This document shows positions 9,401 to 18,843 of a stretch of DNA of 64,000 nucleotides, piece by piece. The DNA is taken from the IMG/VR virus record IMGVR_UViG_3300002231_000068, one strand, 5' to 3'. The stretch is from an uncultured virus (IMG/VR IMGVR_UViG_3300002231_000068) (lineage: Duplodnaviria > Heunggongvirae > Uroviricota > Caudoviricetes). Numbering within the stretch: position 1 is the first letter of the stretch; each line of letters starts with the position of its first letter. A program made the translations under genes and the position numbers. Below the pieces are notes generated by a model. It made no database searches and was not told the DNA's origin. It was given only the letters and a program-made list of their open reading frames with translations.

Positions 9401-9703
9401 ATGTCAAATAAAGTTAGCACCCTAATGGCTCAAGCCTTTGAAAACGGCTATAAGCTATCTATGGGTAACACTTGCGCAACTGGTGACCGTGTTTTATATC
9501 TACATGGAAACGCCATCGCAAAATTTGATGATGGGCAGCTATTCATTAATTTGTGTGGCTGGAATACCCAAACAACCAAAGCCAGACTTAATGCACTTAG
9601 TGGCGTGAGTGTTCATAATGTCAAAGGTGAGGCTTGTTTAAATGGTGTTCCTATGCCTGTTAATGGATGGGTTAAGGTTCCAATGGAATCTCAATTCATC
9701 TAG
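9401..9703 (+). CDS. Cassette gene, conserved phage early-region hypothetical
   Basis: LHGNAIA...GWNTQTTKARLNAL pattern recalled from phage hypothetical proteins; motif A 38 nt upstream. Confidence 0.7.
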   Translation: MSNKVSTLMAQAFENGYKLSMGNTCATGDRVLYLHGNAIAKFDDGQLFINLCGWNTQTTKARLNALSGVSVHNVKGEACLNGVPMPVNGWVKVPMESQFI

Positions 9704-9730
9704 ACCCTTTTTTATTTTGAGTGTATGATA

Positions 9731-9942
9731 ACGCTTATTAACCCCAATTTGCGATACGCTTAATAACCCCTATAACTCATATATTAGATGCTGAATTTGA
9801 CTAAGTCCACAACGTAGCTACGCTTATTAACCCCTACTGTATATGAAGTCTATAGTAACGCTTATTAACCCCTAATATGGGTCAGAAAAAAAAATAAAAA
9901 AAAAATTGTAGTAATTTTTCAGACACAACGCTTATAAACCCC
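9731..9942 (+). repeat. Five direct copies of motif B plus a long A-tract
   Basis: ACGCTTAWWAACCCC at 9731, 9756, 9820, 9858, 9928; A-tract 9886-9905; no ORF. Confidence 0.9.
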
Positions 9943-10040
9943 ACATGGCGCCACGTATCTCAAGGGTTTCTACGAAACAAAATAATACATTATATGACAG
10001 TTATAGTAAGTNTTAATAGCATGTTATGTTTAGTNTACCT

Positions 10041-10343
10041 ATGGTTGATTTAATACTTGATATCAATGAGCCTGTTACTGAGGAAAATCTTGACTCACTA
10101 GTTGAGGCTGAGATTGAAGCTCAGGTTGAGGCAATTGATGAAGAGGAATATGACCAAATGCTCGATGACTGTTACCCTCCATGTGAGATAGGTAATATGA
10201 CTTTTGAGCCTTCTGAGGTTCTTAAGGAATGTGACCCTACTGCATATAGGTGTGGTATGGTTGACTATGCTGATAGCCGTCGAGAGGACTTTGAGGATGA
10301 TGTTAGAGACTCTATTGAGTCTATGATTGAATCCGATGATTAG
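10041..10343 (+). CDS. Cassette gene, extremely acidic protein (DNA-mimic candidate)
   Basis: About 34 Asp/Glu versus 5 Lys/Arg in 100 aa by hand count; ATG 38 nt after motif A. Confidence 0.7.
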   Translation: MVDLILDINEPVTEENLDSLVEAEIEAQVEAIDEEEYDQMLDDCYPPCEIGNMTFEPSEVLKECDPTAYRCGMVDYADSRREDFEDDVRDSIESMIESDD

Positions 10344-10479
10344 GATAAGACCCCTTTTTTTATTGTGCGTAAGCCTAACGTTTAATAACCCCTGTTTTCT
10401 CTCTTTGGGGTGTGGGGTATTTCTCTCTTTTAGTTAAGTTATAGTAAGCCTTAATAACATCTTAGAACCTACCTATTAT

Positions 10480-10752
10480 ATGGATGACAACGTTAGAAAC
10501 ACACTTGAAGAGTTGCAAAAATGCTTTGAAGATGGTATTGAGCAACTACAAGCAGTTTTAGACGATGACCCAGACGCTGAGACCAGTGCATACTATGTAT
10601 TGCATGACTTTAGCGTTAATCACTTTGAGTTCAATGATGCCTTACAAGGCATGTTTGACACATTGGGATTATATTATCATCACAATTTTGGTGATGGTGA
10701 CTATGCTGGACTAAATCGTCGAATCCAAGATTTACCTTATACAACAGGGTAA
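10480..10752 (+). CDS. Cassette gene, acidic hypothetical
   Basis: Motif A at 10441; T-tract after the stop. Confidence 0.7.
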   Translation: MDDNVRNTLEELQKCFEDGIEQLQAVLDDDPDAETSAYYVLHDFSVNHFEFNDALQGMFDTLGLYYHHNFGDGDYAGLNRRIQDLPYTTG

Positions 10753-10849
10753 ACTCTTCACTCCTTTTTTTATTAGCCTCCAAGTATACGCTTATTAACC
10801 CCTATTTCACATAGTAAGACTTAATAAGTCATATATGATATCTTATCTA

Positions 10850-11035
10850 ATGACTGACTGCACTAAATGTTCAAAACAGGCTGAAGATTTTGATGGTTGT
10901 GATGGCTTATGTTTTGATTGCTGGGATGCTGTACAAGCTAAAAAACCAGAATCAAAATGGGCACGTTATGACCGATTAATTATGAATGGTCTTGATTCTG
11001 ATGATGCATTAATTGATGCTGGAATTAAGTTCTAA
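10850..11035 (+). CDS. Cassette gene, Zn-finger hypothetical (start revised)
   Basis: CTKC...CFDC; ATG 39 nt after motif A at 10811. Confidence 0.7.
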   Translation: MTDCTKCSKQAEDFDGCDGLCFDCWDAVQAKKPESKWARYDRLIMNGLDSDDALIDAGIKF

Positions 11036-11122
11036 CCCTTTTTTATTTAGAGTCTGTAATAACGCTTAAGTACCCCTAATTCTCATAGTAAGACTTAATA
11101 ATAAATAAAAATTAATCTTAGT

Positions 11123-11389
11123 ATGGGATATAACATGAGTTACTGCCAGTTTCAAAACACTTCAGGCGCATTGTCTGAGGCAATGAGTAGACTGCAAGAA
11201 TCTGAGCATGGAGACTTTAACATTGGAAAGGAATGTTCTACCGATGAATTAAAGGCTATGAGACATCTATTCGTTGATATGCTCACCGAACACCTACCAA
11301 ATGTTTTCGGTATTGAAATCGATGATGTGGATGAAATTGTCCAAGACATAGATAGACAAATTGATATAGCTATCGAAGTCGAAGACTAA
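11123..11389 (+). CDS. Cassette gene, acidic hypothetical
   Basis: NMSYCQFQNT N-terminal motif recalled from phage hypothetical proteins; motif A at 11085. Confidence 0.7.
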   Translation: MGYNMSYCQFQNTSGALSEAMSRLQESEHGDFNIGKECSTDELKAMRHLFVDMLTEHLPNVFGIEIDDVDEIVQDIDRQIDIAIEVED

Positions 11390-11477
11390 TAACTCTCTTT
11401 TTTTGACCCCAAACAATACGCTTAAGTACCCCTATATCACATAGTAAGACTTAATAACATAAAAAATAATTAATAAT

Positions 11478-11636
11478 ATGTTCGAAGGACTAAAGGCTAT
11501 GTTAAATGCTATCGAAAAGCATCTACCAGATGACCACGTACCTTATACATATGCAGATTTGGAAAAATTTGTTGAAGAATGGGAGGGTAAACCAGAACTC
11601 CCACTCAAATATGTAAATGAGGAAGATTTAACATGA
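11478..11636 (+). CDS. Cassette gene, 52-aa hypothetical
   Basis: ATG 37 nt after motif A; ATGA overlap with the next ORF. Confidence 0.65.
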   Translation: MFEGLKAMLNAIEKHLPDDHVPYTYADLEKFVEEWEGKPELPLKYVNEEDLT

Positions 11637-11968
11637 CCGAAAAAACAGATTGGACAAATGACTTTGAGAACTATATTGAGTCTATGATGGCTGATTCATT
11701 CAATACAACCATTGACTTAGAACAAACAGTTAAAGTTGAATGTCAAGATATTGATGGTCAATATTTTGCAAGCGCTCACATAACTGGTAAAAAAGTTGAT
11801 TCAATGACTTCCAAATATGATGACAAATACAATGCATTAAGTATTGGAGGATATAGAATAATCAATGCCATTGATAGACTAAGTGAGGCTGGTTTTAGTC
11901 TCAATAGTTTAAGTACATTTGACCGTGAAACAGACCCTCTCACTGTGAGAGTATTGTTTGTTTCTTAA
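11633..11968 (+). CDS. Cassette gene, hypothetical
   Basis: Translationally coupled to the upstream ORF; T-tract follows. Confidence 0.7.
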   Translation: MTEKTDWTNDFENYIESMMADSFNTTIDLEQTVKVECQDIDGQYFASAHITGKKVDSMTSKYDDKYNALSIGGYRIINAIDRLSEAGFSLNSLSTFDRETDPLTVRVLFVS

Positions 11969-12064
11969 TCCCTTTTTTTTAACCCACACCAATACGCTTA
12001 AGTACCCCTATTGTCATTGGTGTTATATAGTAAGGTTTAATAAGTTATAAAATATCATCATAAT

Positions 12065-12670
12065 ATGTTAGTAGAAACATTTGAAAACGAAAAAACTTCT
12101 CAAGTAGTAGAAATTCATACAGACGATGATGCTGAGTCACCTAGACAGTGGGATAATCTAGGTACAATGATATGTGCACATAACAGATACACATTAGGTG
12201 ATGATATGGTAGAATCAGCTGAAGAATTGAAACAAATAATTAAAGAAGAAAAACCAGTAATTCAAATGCCATTGTATATGTTAGACCATTCTGGAATATC
12301 TATGTCCACGAATGATTATAATGATATGTGGGATTCTGGATGTGTAGGCGTTATTTATGCAACTAGAGAAAAGATTCTAGACATGATGACTGGCTGGAAT
12401 GGTGAAAAACGAATGCCAATGAAGAAAAGACTTACTAAAAAAATGCTTAAACGAGCAAAAGAAATTCTTAAGTCTGAAGTAAAAACATATTCTCAATATC
12501 TTGAGGGTAATGTGTATGGATATGTTCTATACAATAAATCAAAATGTGACCATGATGAAGAACATCTTGACCATGAAGATTCATGTTTTGGTTTTTACAT
12601 GGATGACAAAGATGATTCATTGGATGTATTCTTAAAAGGATATGGTGGAAATAGAAAAGACTGGGAATAA
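12065..12670 (+). CDS. Cassette gene, conserved phage/mobile-element hypothetical
   Basis: Motifs SPRQWDNLG, LYMLDHSGIS, WDSGCVGVIY, YLEGNVYGY, DSCFGFY. Confidence 0.75.
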   Translation: MLVETFENEKTSQVVEIHTDDDAESPRQWDNLGTMICAHNRYTLGDDMVESAEELKQIIKEEKPVIQMPLYMLDHSGISMSTNDYNDMWDSGCVGVIYATREKILDMMTGWNGEKRMPMKKRLTKKMLKRAKEILKSEVKTYSQYLEGNVYGYVLYNKSKCDHDEEHLDHEDSCFGFYMDDKDDSLDVFLKGYGGNRKDWE

Positions 12671-12765
12671 CCCCTTTTTTTGTTATCAATAATAACGCTT
12701 AAGTACCCCTGTTTTAATTGACATTATATAGTAAGGCTTAAGTGTATGTTAAACAAATAATTGTA

Positions 12766-12969
12766 ATGACTTACAAAATACCACACAAATTAATACAAGG
12801 ACTAGCTAGTAACTTTGGTATAATTGCTAATGTGGATGAAATGACTGGTGAAGTCTGCTGGAATGAAATAAAAAGAATTCATAAAGAATTAAAACCTCAT
12901 TTCAAGGCAGATAACCCTACATACAAAGCATTGACTAACTTAGTGGAGAAATATCCAAATGGCAACTAG
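12766..12969 (+). CDS. Cassette gene, hypothetical (start revised)
   Basis: ATG 38 nt after motif A at 12728. Confidence 0.65.
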   Translation: MTYKIPHKLIQGLASNFGIIANVDEMTGEVCWNEIKRIHKELKPHFKADNPTYKALTNLVEKYPNGN

Positions 12970-13444
12970 AAGTATTATTATCTTTAAAATGGATAATGAT
13001 ATGGTTCAGTTCTACAAACACTGGGATGGATATCCAGAAACTACAGTACCAGAATTAGTTGATTTTCTAGCATTCAATACTTCAAGAAATAGTGACTTTG
13101 AGTATGCATGTGCTAATTTTCCATTTTGGTACAAGTCTGAAAAATACAGAGAACATGCTGATGAAACAGCTGGACTGGGTATTTCACCTAGAGTATGTAG
13201 AACATGGAAAGAAGCCAGAAGTATCTACGGTATTGAATATGTGTATGTTCTTGACTTTGGTACAAATCAAATTCTTGAATTTAACACTCAAATGCAGTGG
13301 AATATAGAAGAATTGAATGGAATTGACTATGATAACACTATGTCAAAAGGTACAGAAATGTTGATTAAAACAGACATTCATGATTTACCTCCATTACCTA
13401 CAGCTGAGTCTATACAACAAATGCGTACAGATACGTGTTTGTAA
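12959..13444 (+). CDS. Cassette gene, HWDGYP-motif phage hypothetical
   Basis: MATRSII...YKHWDGYP...IEYVYV pattern. Confidence 0.75.
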   Translation: MATRSIIIFKMDNDMVQFYKHWDGYPETTVPELVDFLAFNTSRNSDFEYACANFPFWYKSEKYREHADETAGLGISPRVCRTWKEARSIYGIEYVYVLDFGTNQILEFNTQMQWNIEELNGIDYDNTMSKGTEMLIKTDIHDLPPLPTAESIQQMRTDTCL

Positions 13445-13541
13445 TTCTCTTTTTTTTACCTAAAACAATACGCTTAAGTACCCCTATTATTACTGTGGTT
13501 ATATAGTAAGACTTAATAAGAAATAAAATAATATAATATTA

Positions 13542-14075
13542 ATGAGTGGAAACTACTATGGCATTGCTAATGAAAAAGCATTGACTGCTATGATGCAACC
13601 TATGTATAGATATAAAATGGCAAAAAGAGTACCAAAAAAATACGGAGGCTTTGATGCAACAAAAGTTGAGAGTGAAATGCATGATTATTTATTTGAACAT
13701 GCATTAGACTTGATTGAATATGTGTCAAAGAATAAAATAGATAAAATAAAATCTGTTGATAAGAGGGTATCTAAGCTAATGGATTATAGAAAATACTGGG
13801 TAGACATGGCAATATGGTTTAAAAATAAATATAATGTACATGATGAAGACTTGAAAACCATGTGTAAATATTTATCTTTAATTGCTTGGTTCAAGAGTGA
13901 TGACTTTGAAAATAACGATACAACTAGAATTGGTGTTAAGATAGACTTAGATACAAAATTCGGTAGAGAATGTCAATTAAAAGGACAAACTGAATTTTCA
14001 GCAATGAGTTTAGCATTTCACTATATGGCTGGTAAAAAAGATGGTAGTGCTGTTTGGGGTGAAAACGATGAGTGA
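13542..14075 (+). CDS. Cassette gene, hypothetical
   Basis: Motif A at 13503; followed by an overlapping 48-aa Cys-rich ORF (14068-14214) and a T-tract. Confidence 0.7.
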   Translation: MSGNYYGIANEKALTAMMQPMYRYKMAKRVPKKYGGFDATKVESEMHDYLFEHALDLIEYVSKNKIDKIKSVDKRVSKLMDYRKYWVDMAIWFKNKYNVHDEDLKTMCKYLSLIAWFKSDDFENNDTTRIGVKIDLDTKFGRECQLKGQTEFSAMSLAFHYMAGKKDGSAVWGENDE

Positions 14076-14309
14076 CACACTAAGACACTACTGTAATTTT
14101 TGCAAGGTAAAACATTCTAAGTGTACCTGTAAGGAAGGGATAAACAAACGTGCTAATGATAGAGCCTTAAAGCAGGCTAATAGAGTAGCAAGTTTATTGG
14201 GAATCCCTCCTTAATCTCTTTTTTTAACCATACATTAAACGCTTAATAACCCCATTAGCCTCAAGGTTAAGATAGTAAGACTTAATAATAAATAAAATAA
14301 AGAAATATT

Positions 14310-14363
14310 GGAAAAGATGATATTTGAGGAGGCTAAGAGCCTAAAATATCTACTCTTTTCTTT
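14310..14363 (+). ncRNA. Candidate small hairpin RNA 1
   Basis: Begins 38 nt after motif A (14272); GAAAAGA/TCTTTTC, GATATTT/AAATATC and AGGCT/AGCCT stems. Confidence 0.55.
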
Positions 14364-14400
14364 ATAGTAAGACTTATTAGTTAACATAATAAATTAAAAT

Positions 14401-14450
14401 ATGCTATAGGAGACGAGGAAAGAACGTAGATACGTCATTCTCATTTCTTA
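14401..14450 (+). ncRNA. Candidate small hairpin RNA 2 / minigene transcript
   Basis: Begins 37 nt after motif A (14364) with ATG CTA TAG; AGGAG/TTTCT, GAGGA/TTCTC and ACGT/ACGT stems (with G-U pairs). Confidence 0.45.
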
Positions 14451-14487
14451 TAGTAAGACTTAATAATAAATAGAGATGAAATAAGAT

Positions 14488-14778
14488 ATGAAACCAAAAA
14501 TACCAATAGAAAACGATGATGATAAAATGTATGATAAGATTATAATGAGTAAAGAATTTACTAAAGAGGTTATGGAAGTATTCACTGACCCATTTATTGA
14601 GAACTCTAATGAAGAAATGTATAATGAATTATTAGAAGTACTTCAACACAAATGGAGAGATAGAGCTTCTGGTGAAATTGTTGACACATTAAAATTAATG
14701 ATTTTTTCAGTTGTTAGTCAAGTTATGAAAGAAAATGCTATCAAGAGTTTTGATGACCAAAGGGAGGATTTAAAATGA
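14488..14778 (+). CDS. Hypothetical protein, first gene of a long early operon
   Basis: Motif A at 14450, ATG at +38. Confidence 0.65.
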   Translation: MKPKIPIENDDDKMYDKIIMSKEFTKEVMEVFTDPFIENSNEEMYNELLEVLQHKWRDRASGEIVDTLKLMIFSVVSQVMKENAIKSFDDQREDLK

Positions 14779-14853
14779 AATGTATGCATAATAGTATAGA
14801 CTGGACTTCATACCCTCCAATGTGTAGGGATTGTTACGCTCAGTTTAAAGGAG

Positions 14854-15330
14854 ATGATGATAATGACTGATGACTTTATTTTTGATGTAGATGGTACACT
14901 AATGAACGTAGATTTACGTGTTGTACGTGCCAAAACTAAAAGAAAAGAAACTGATAAAGTTATGAATTGGGATGTATTTTTAGACCCTGAAGTCATGCTT
15001 GAGTGTGACCATCCAAATTATGATGTTTGTAAAATAGCTGAAGTGTTGTATGATGCTGGTGAAAAAGTAATTATTACTAGTGCTAGAAATGAAAGACATA
15101 GAAAAGTAACAATACAACAATTAGCTCACGCTAATGTAGGATATAATAAATTATATTTAAGAAAAGATGATGATTTTAGACATGATGATATTGTTAAAAA
15201 AGAATTATTTGAACAAATTAAAAAAGATGGTTTTAATCCAGTCACTGCATTTGATGACAGAAAACAAGTTGTTGATATGTGGCGTAAAATAGGATTGAAT
15301 TGTTATCAAGTTAGGGAGGGTAATTTCTAA
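14854..15330 (+). CDS. HAD-family phosphatase resembling the T4 polynucleotide kinase phosphatase domain
   Basis: FDVDGTL, ITSAR, LYLRKDDDFRHDDIVK, FDDR motifs. Confidence 0.85.
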   Translation: MMIMTDDFIFDVDGTLMNVDLRVVRAKTKRKETDKVMNWDVFLDPEVMLECDHPNYDVCKIAEVLYDAGEKVIITSARNERHRKVTIQQLAHANVGYNKLYLRKDDDFRHDDIVKKELFEQIKKDGFNPVTAFDDRKQVVDMWRKIGLNCYQVREGNF

Positions 15331-15685
15331 TGAAAACCAGTTGTGGACATAAATCAGAGAAAGAATGGTATACACATGAGGGTGTAATATGGAATTTATG
15401 TAAAAATTGTTATGCTAAACTTACGGAGTGTGCAGATTAATGCCGTTAGACCACGAAGACAAACATGAGACTGAAGTTATGGAAAGAAATAACGTAATTA
15501 AAGAAAAATGTAAATATTGTCTGCACGGATTCATTCGTGATGTAGAAATGGCTGATGGTAACACTGAAGATGTTGAGTGTTGGTATTGTGATGGTTCTGG
15601 TTTTATGTATTATCCAAAAGATTTAAAAAAATGGGTACCAGACGCTGATAGTAAGGCTTTTATAAAAGGAGATGATTATTAAGAT

Positions 15686-15904
15686 ATGACAGAAATAGAT
15701 TATACTGATGCTTTTGATGTTGTCGCTAATGACCCTGACCAAATGATTGAGTTAGTTTGTGAAAACTGGACTGAAGAGGTTGAGGCTTACATTGGTATGA
15801 ATAAACTACAAGAAGCATATAAAATAATGAATGAATACTTTGATTACATCCCAGAGGATGTTAAAGAAGAGGTTCATCTTAAATTATCGGAGTTGGGTTA
15901 TTAA
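15686..15904 (+). CDS. Acidic hypothetical protein
   Basis: Motif A at 15648 inside the upstream ORF; ATG at +38. Confidence 0.65.
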   Translation: MTEIDYTDAFDVVANDPDQMIELVCENWTEEVEAYIGMNKLQEAYKIMNEYFDYIPEDVKEEVHLKLSELGY

Positions 15905-15924
15905 TTGGATTTTTTTTACTTCTA

Positions 15925-16107
15925 TTGCAGACTTTTAATGATTCAATTACGAATCAATGGGATATTCAATCAAAAACAGACCCTGATGTATACCATAAAG
16001 TGGTTATGAAAGGTAATGGTGATATTGAATGTGATTGTAAAGGATTCAAATATGGTGGTAATTGTTGGCATATCAAATTTGTAAAGGAGACGAATGAATT
16101 TGAGTGA
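15925..16107 (+). CDS. SWIM-type zinc-finger protein
   Basis: CDCKGFKYGGNCWHI = CxC-x8-CxH. Confidence 0.7.
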   Translation: MQTFNDSITNQWDIQSKTDPDVYHKVVMKGNGDIECDCKGFKYGGNCWHIKFVKETNEFE

Positions 16108-17757
16108 AGAACCAGATATTGGTAATTATGAAGAGTATGTTCTAAGTGGTATTGAAGACCAAGCCTCTGAGGAAGTAGCCCAGAGGTATGAAGAGATTGA
16201 AAAATATCACACAGAGCAAATTGATAGAGATTGTTGTAATAAACAATTTAGAAAATGTGTAATGTATCAAGGTGTATGTATAAACTGTAAGAAGTGTAGA
16301 GACCCAAAAATGTTTAAACCTCATTACCCAAAAGATGATAATGAACAAGAAGACTTTGATACTGGAGACCACTGGGTTAGGATTAATGGTAAATATTATA
16401 CTTATTATGAGAAAGATATGATGGATATTAAAGATGAATTACAAGAACTACAATTAGAACTAGGTGCTATGGGTATAGCAAATCATGATAAAAGAGTTTT
16501 AGCAATATCTGACAGAATATTTGATATTATTAAAAAATATGAAAGACCTGACCCTGATGGAGAGATAGCATAATGGCTTGTTCACCTATCATGGATTGTC
16601 AACATAAGTTGATAAAAAAATATAGTAAGCTTGATTATTTTGATGACACTGAAGGACTACAAATGAGTACAATTCTTAGAATATTAATTGAGAATGTTAA
16701 TTCTCATGACAGAGTAGCTCAAGCTGGTGTAATAGATTACTGGGATGACCCTGAAATGTATTGGGCAAACAAAGTCACACCATCTATTAGATGTAAGTGT
16801 GATAATTGTGAGTGGGTTAGACAAGAAGTAGGAGTTGAAGAGTTTGGGTTGTGATTATTGTGACCCCCAAGGGGAGACAGAGCATTATTATGAAATGATT
16901 GATTGTCAAAATTCTTTAAAACGTGCAATGAATTTAATAAGTTTTTTATTATCTAATGAATCAATAGGTAAAGAGGAGATGAATTTGTTTAAGAAGACAA
17001 TAGCAAGTGATTATATGGGTGACCAACTTGGCAAATAATTTACATGAATGGGAGATGGAACAAATGTTTGGTAAAGACCCAGACGTTAAATTCAAATCAT
17101 TTAATTGTAGAGAGTGTGGTAAATTTAATAGGTATAAATCTACTCAGTATAATAATAGTAGAGTTTATTGTAATGATGAATGTAGAAAAGCATACTATAG
17201 GGTGAGTAAATGAATTTCTGGTTAATTATGGCTCTGAAATTTTGGAGAGAACCACGTATATGTTTACATATGTTGAAAGGTTTTTGGCAATTTGGTGTAA
17301 AACAAAATGATGTTACACGCCATTTGTATAAACCAGAGCCTTATCGTTCTAAAGAGGTTTATAAATGACTGAAACTATAATAGAAAAACCATGTCAAGGA
17401 TGTGGATGTGAGATATTTCCATTAACAACTGATTATTCACCAGCTAGGATTAAATGTGATAAATGTATTAAAAAAGGATATGCTGAAAGACAGGCAAAAG
17501 TTAGAGTTGCAAGAAGAAAAATATTGAATGAGTTAGGACTGACAGTATCTCTTGATAATTGTTTATACTGTAATAAACCACTGCCTTCACATAAACCTAA
17601 GTTTTGTGGTAAAATATGTAATAAATCTATGATGAGAATTAGAACTGTCACTGCTAATTTAGAGAATATGAAGATGAGAAAACGAAAACTAAGAAATGAA
17701 GAACTTAGAACAAAACGATTGTTGACCAAATTACAAGATTTAAGGGAAAAAATATAA
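16094..17757 (+). CDS. Run of small overlapping Cys-rich hypothetical ORFs (16094-16573, 16573-16854, 16835-17038, 17007-17213, 17365-17757)
   Basis: Tightly packed, translationally coupled ORFs, most with CxxC motifs. Confidence 0.55.
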
Positions 17758-17861
17758 AAAAATTTAAATGGGCAGCTACGCTTAAATACCCCAATAATAC
17801 TATCAATAGTATGCATAACTGACATAGTAAGGCTTAAGTGCAAGTAAAATAAAATAATACT

Positions 17862-18809
17862 ATGTCGCAAAATGATGTAAAATATCTTGAAAAAGTTTCT
17901 GAGAATAAAGAAGATGAAGTTATTGGTAGAGTTAATACCATAAACTTTGATGAATATTCTCCAGAAAATATTGATGACATGGGTAACTACATTGACCTAC
18001 ATGGTGAACGTAAAAGACTCGAACGTGTCATTGACCGTGCTGACAAACCATATCTTATCTATGGTGCTAAAGGACTTGGTAAAACTTCTTTAGTTCATGC
18101 CATATGTAGAGATAAAGGTATAGCCTTAGTTGAGTTTAACTGTGGCGTCGGTACAAATAGAAGCGATTTACAAGGTAGACTACAAGTTGACAAAAATGGC
18201 TCTTATTTTGAAAGAGGACTATTGCCTACTGCTTTTGAAGTGGCTAATCACTATGGACATGCATGTCTATATGTTGATGAGGTTGGTGCTCTGGAAGAGG
18301 ACATTCAGAAATGGGTTAACAGACCATTTGATAAGAGGGCTAGTTGTAGTGCTGGAGGTAAAACCTACAGACTAAAAGAAAATTGCAAATTAGCAATAGT
18401 TCTAACAACAAACCCAGTCGAATATGCTGGAGTAAATAACCTAACTGAAGACTTAAGAAGTCGTTTGATTGGTTCTGTATGGGATTACCCATCTGTTGAA
18501 GAGGTAACAAGAGTAGTTGATTGGACTAATATTCCAGAGGCTACAGTAAAGTCACCACTTTTAACACTTGGTCAAGATACATACAGTTTAAGAACAAAAG
18601 GAAATATAGAATATGTGTTGTCTCCTAGAGACTTAATACAATTCACTGAAGTGTATCGTGATTTATTAGAAGATATGCCAGAACTAGATGACGATGAACT
18701 CCTTGAAACAACAATCAAAGAGACAGTTCTTATCAAGTATACAGACCCAAACGAAAGAGAACTAGTCAAAGCAAGAGCTAATGAAACATTTGGGGTAAAT
18801 CTCAAATGA
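17862..18809 (+). CDS. MoxR/CbbQ/CobS-like AAA+ ATPase
   Basis: Walker A GAKGLGKT, Walker B LYVDE, TTNP..YAG..L.EDLRSR, LSPRDL. Confidence 0.85.
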   Translation: MSQNDVKYLEKVSENKEDEVIGRVNTINFDEYSPENIDDMGNYIDLHGERKRLERVIDRADKPYLIYGAKGLGKTSLVHAICRDKGIALVEFNCGVGTNRSDLQGRLQVDKNGSYFERGLLPTAFEVANHYGHACLYVDEVGALEEDIQKWVNRPFDKRASCSAGGKTYRLKENCKLAIVLTTNPVEYAGVNNLTEDLRSRLIGSVWDYPSVEEVTRVVDWTNIPEATVKSPLLTLGQDTYSLRTKGNIEYVLSPRDLIQFTEVYRDLLEDMPELDDDELLETTIKETVLIKYTDPNERELVKARANETFGVNLK

Positions 18810-18843
18810 CCCATAATTTTTTTAATAATAGGGGGTATATCTA

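Larger units (their letters stand above)
8332..14487 (+). repeat. Array of promoter/terminator/motif-B-bounded gene cassettes
   Basis: Motif A at 8332, 8664, 9036, 9363, 10003, 10441, 10811, 11085, 11441, 12027, 12728, 13503, 14272, 14364, 14450; motif B at 8601, 8967, 9331, 9731, 9756, 9820, 9858, 9928, 10378, 10788, 11062, 11418, 11994, 12695, 13470, 14239, with inverted copies at 8643 and 9015; T-tract after each unit's last stop codon. Confidence 0.9.

Noticed and set aside
9731..9942. CRISPR mini-array (repeats plus a Cas4-like gene elsewhere)
   Set aside because: Repeat is only 15 nt, spacing is irregular (10-55 nt), and the same motif occurs singly between genes; no cas1/cas2.
8332..14487. 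Classical integron
   Set aside because: No tyrosine recombinase recognisable, no GTTRRRY/RYYYAAC attC ends, and cassettes carry their own promoters.
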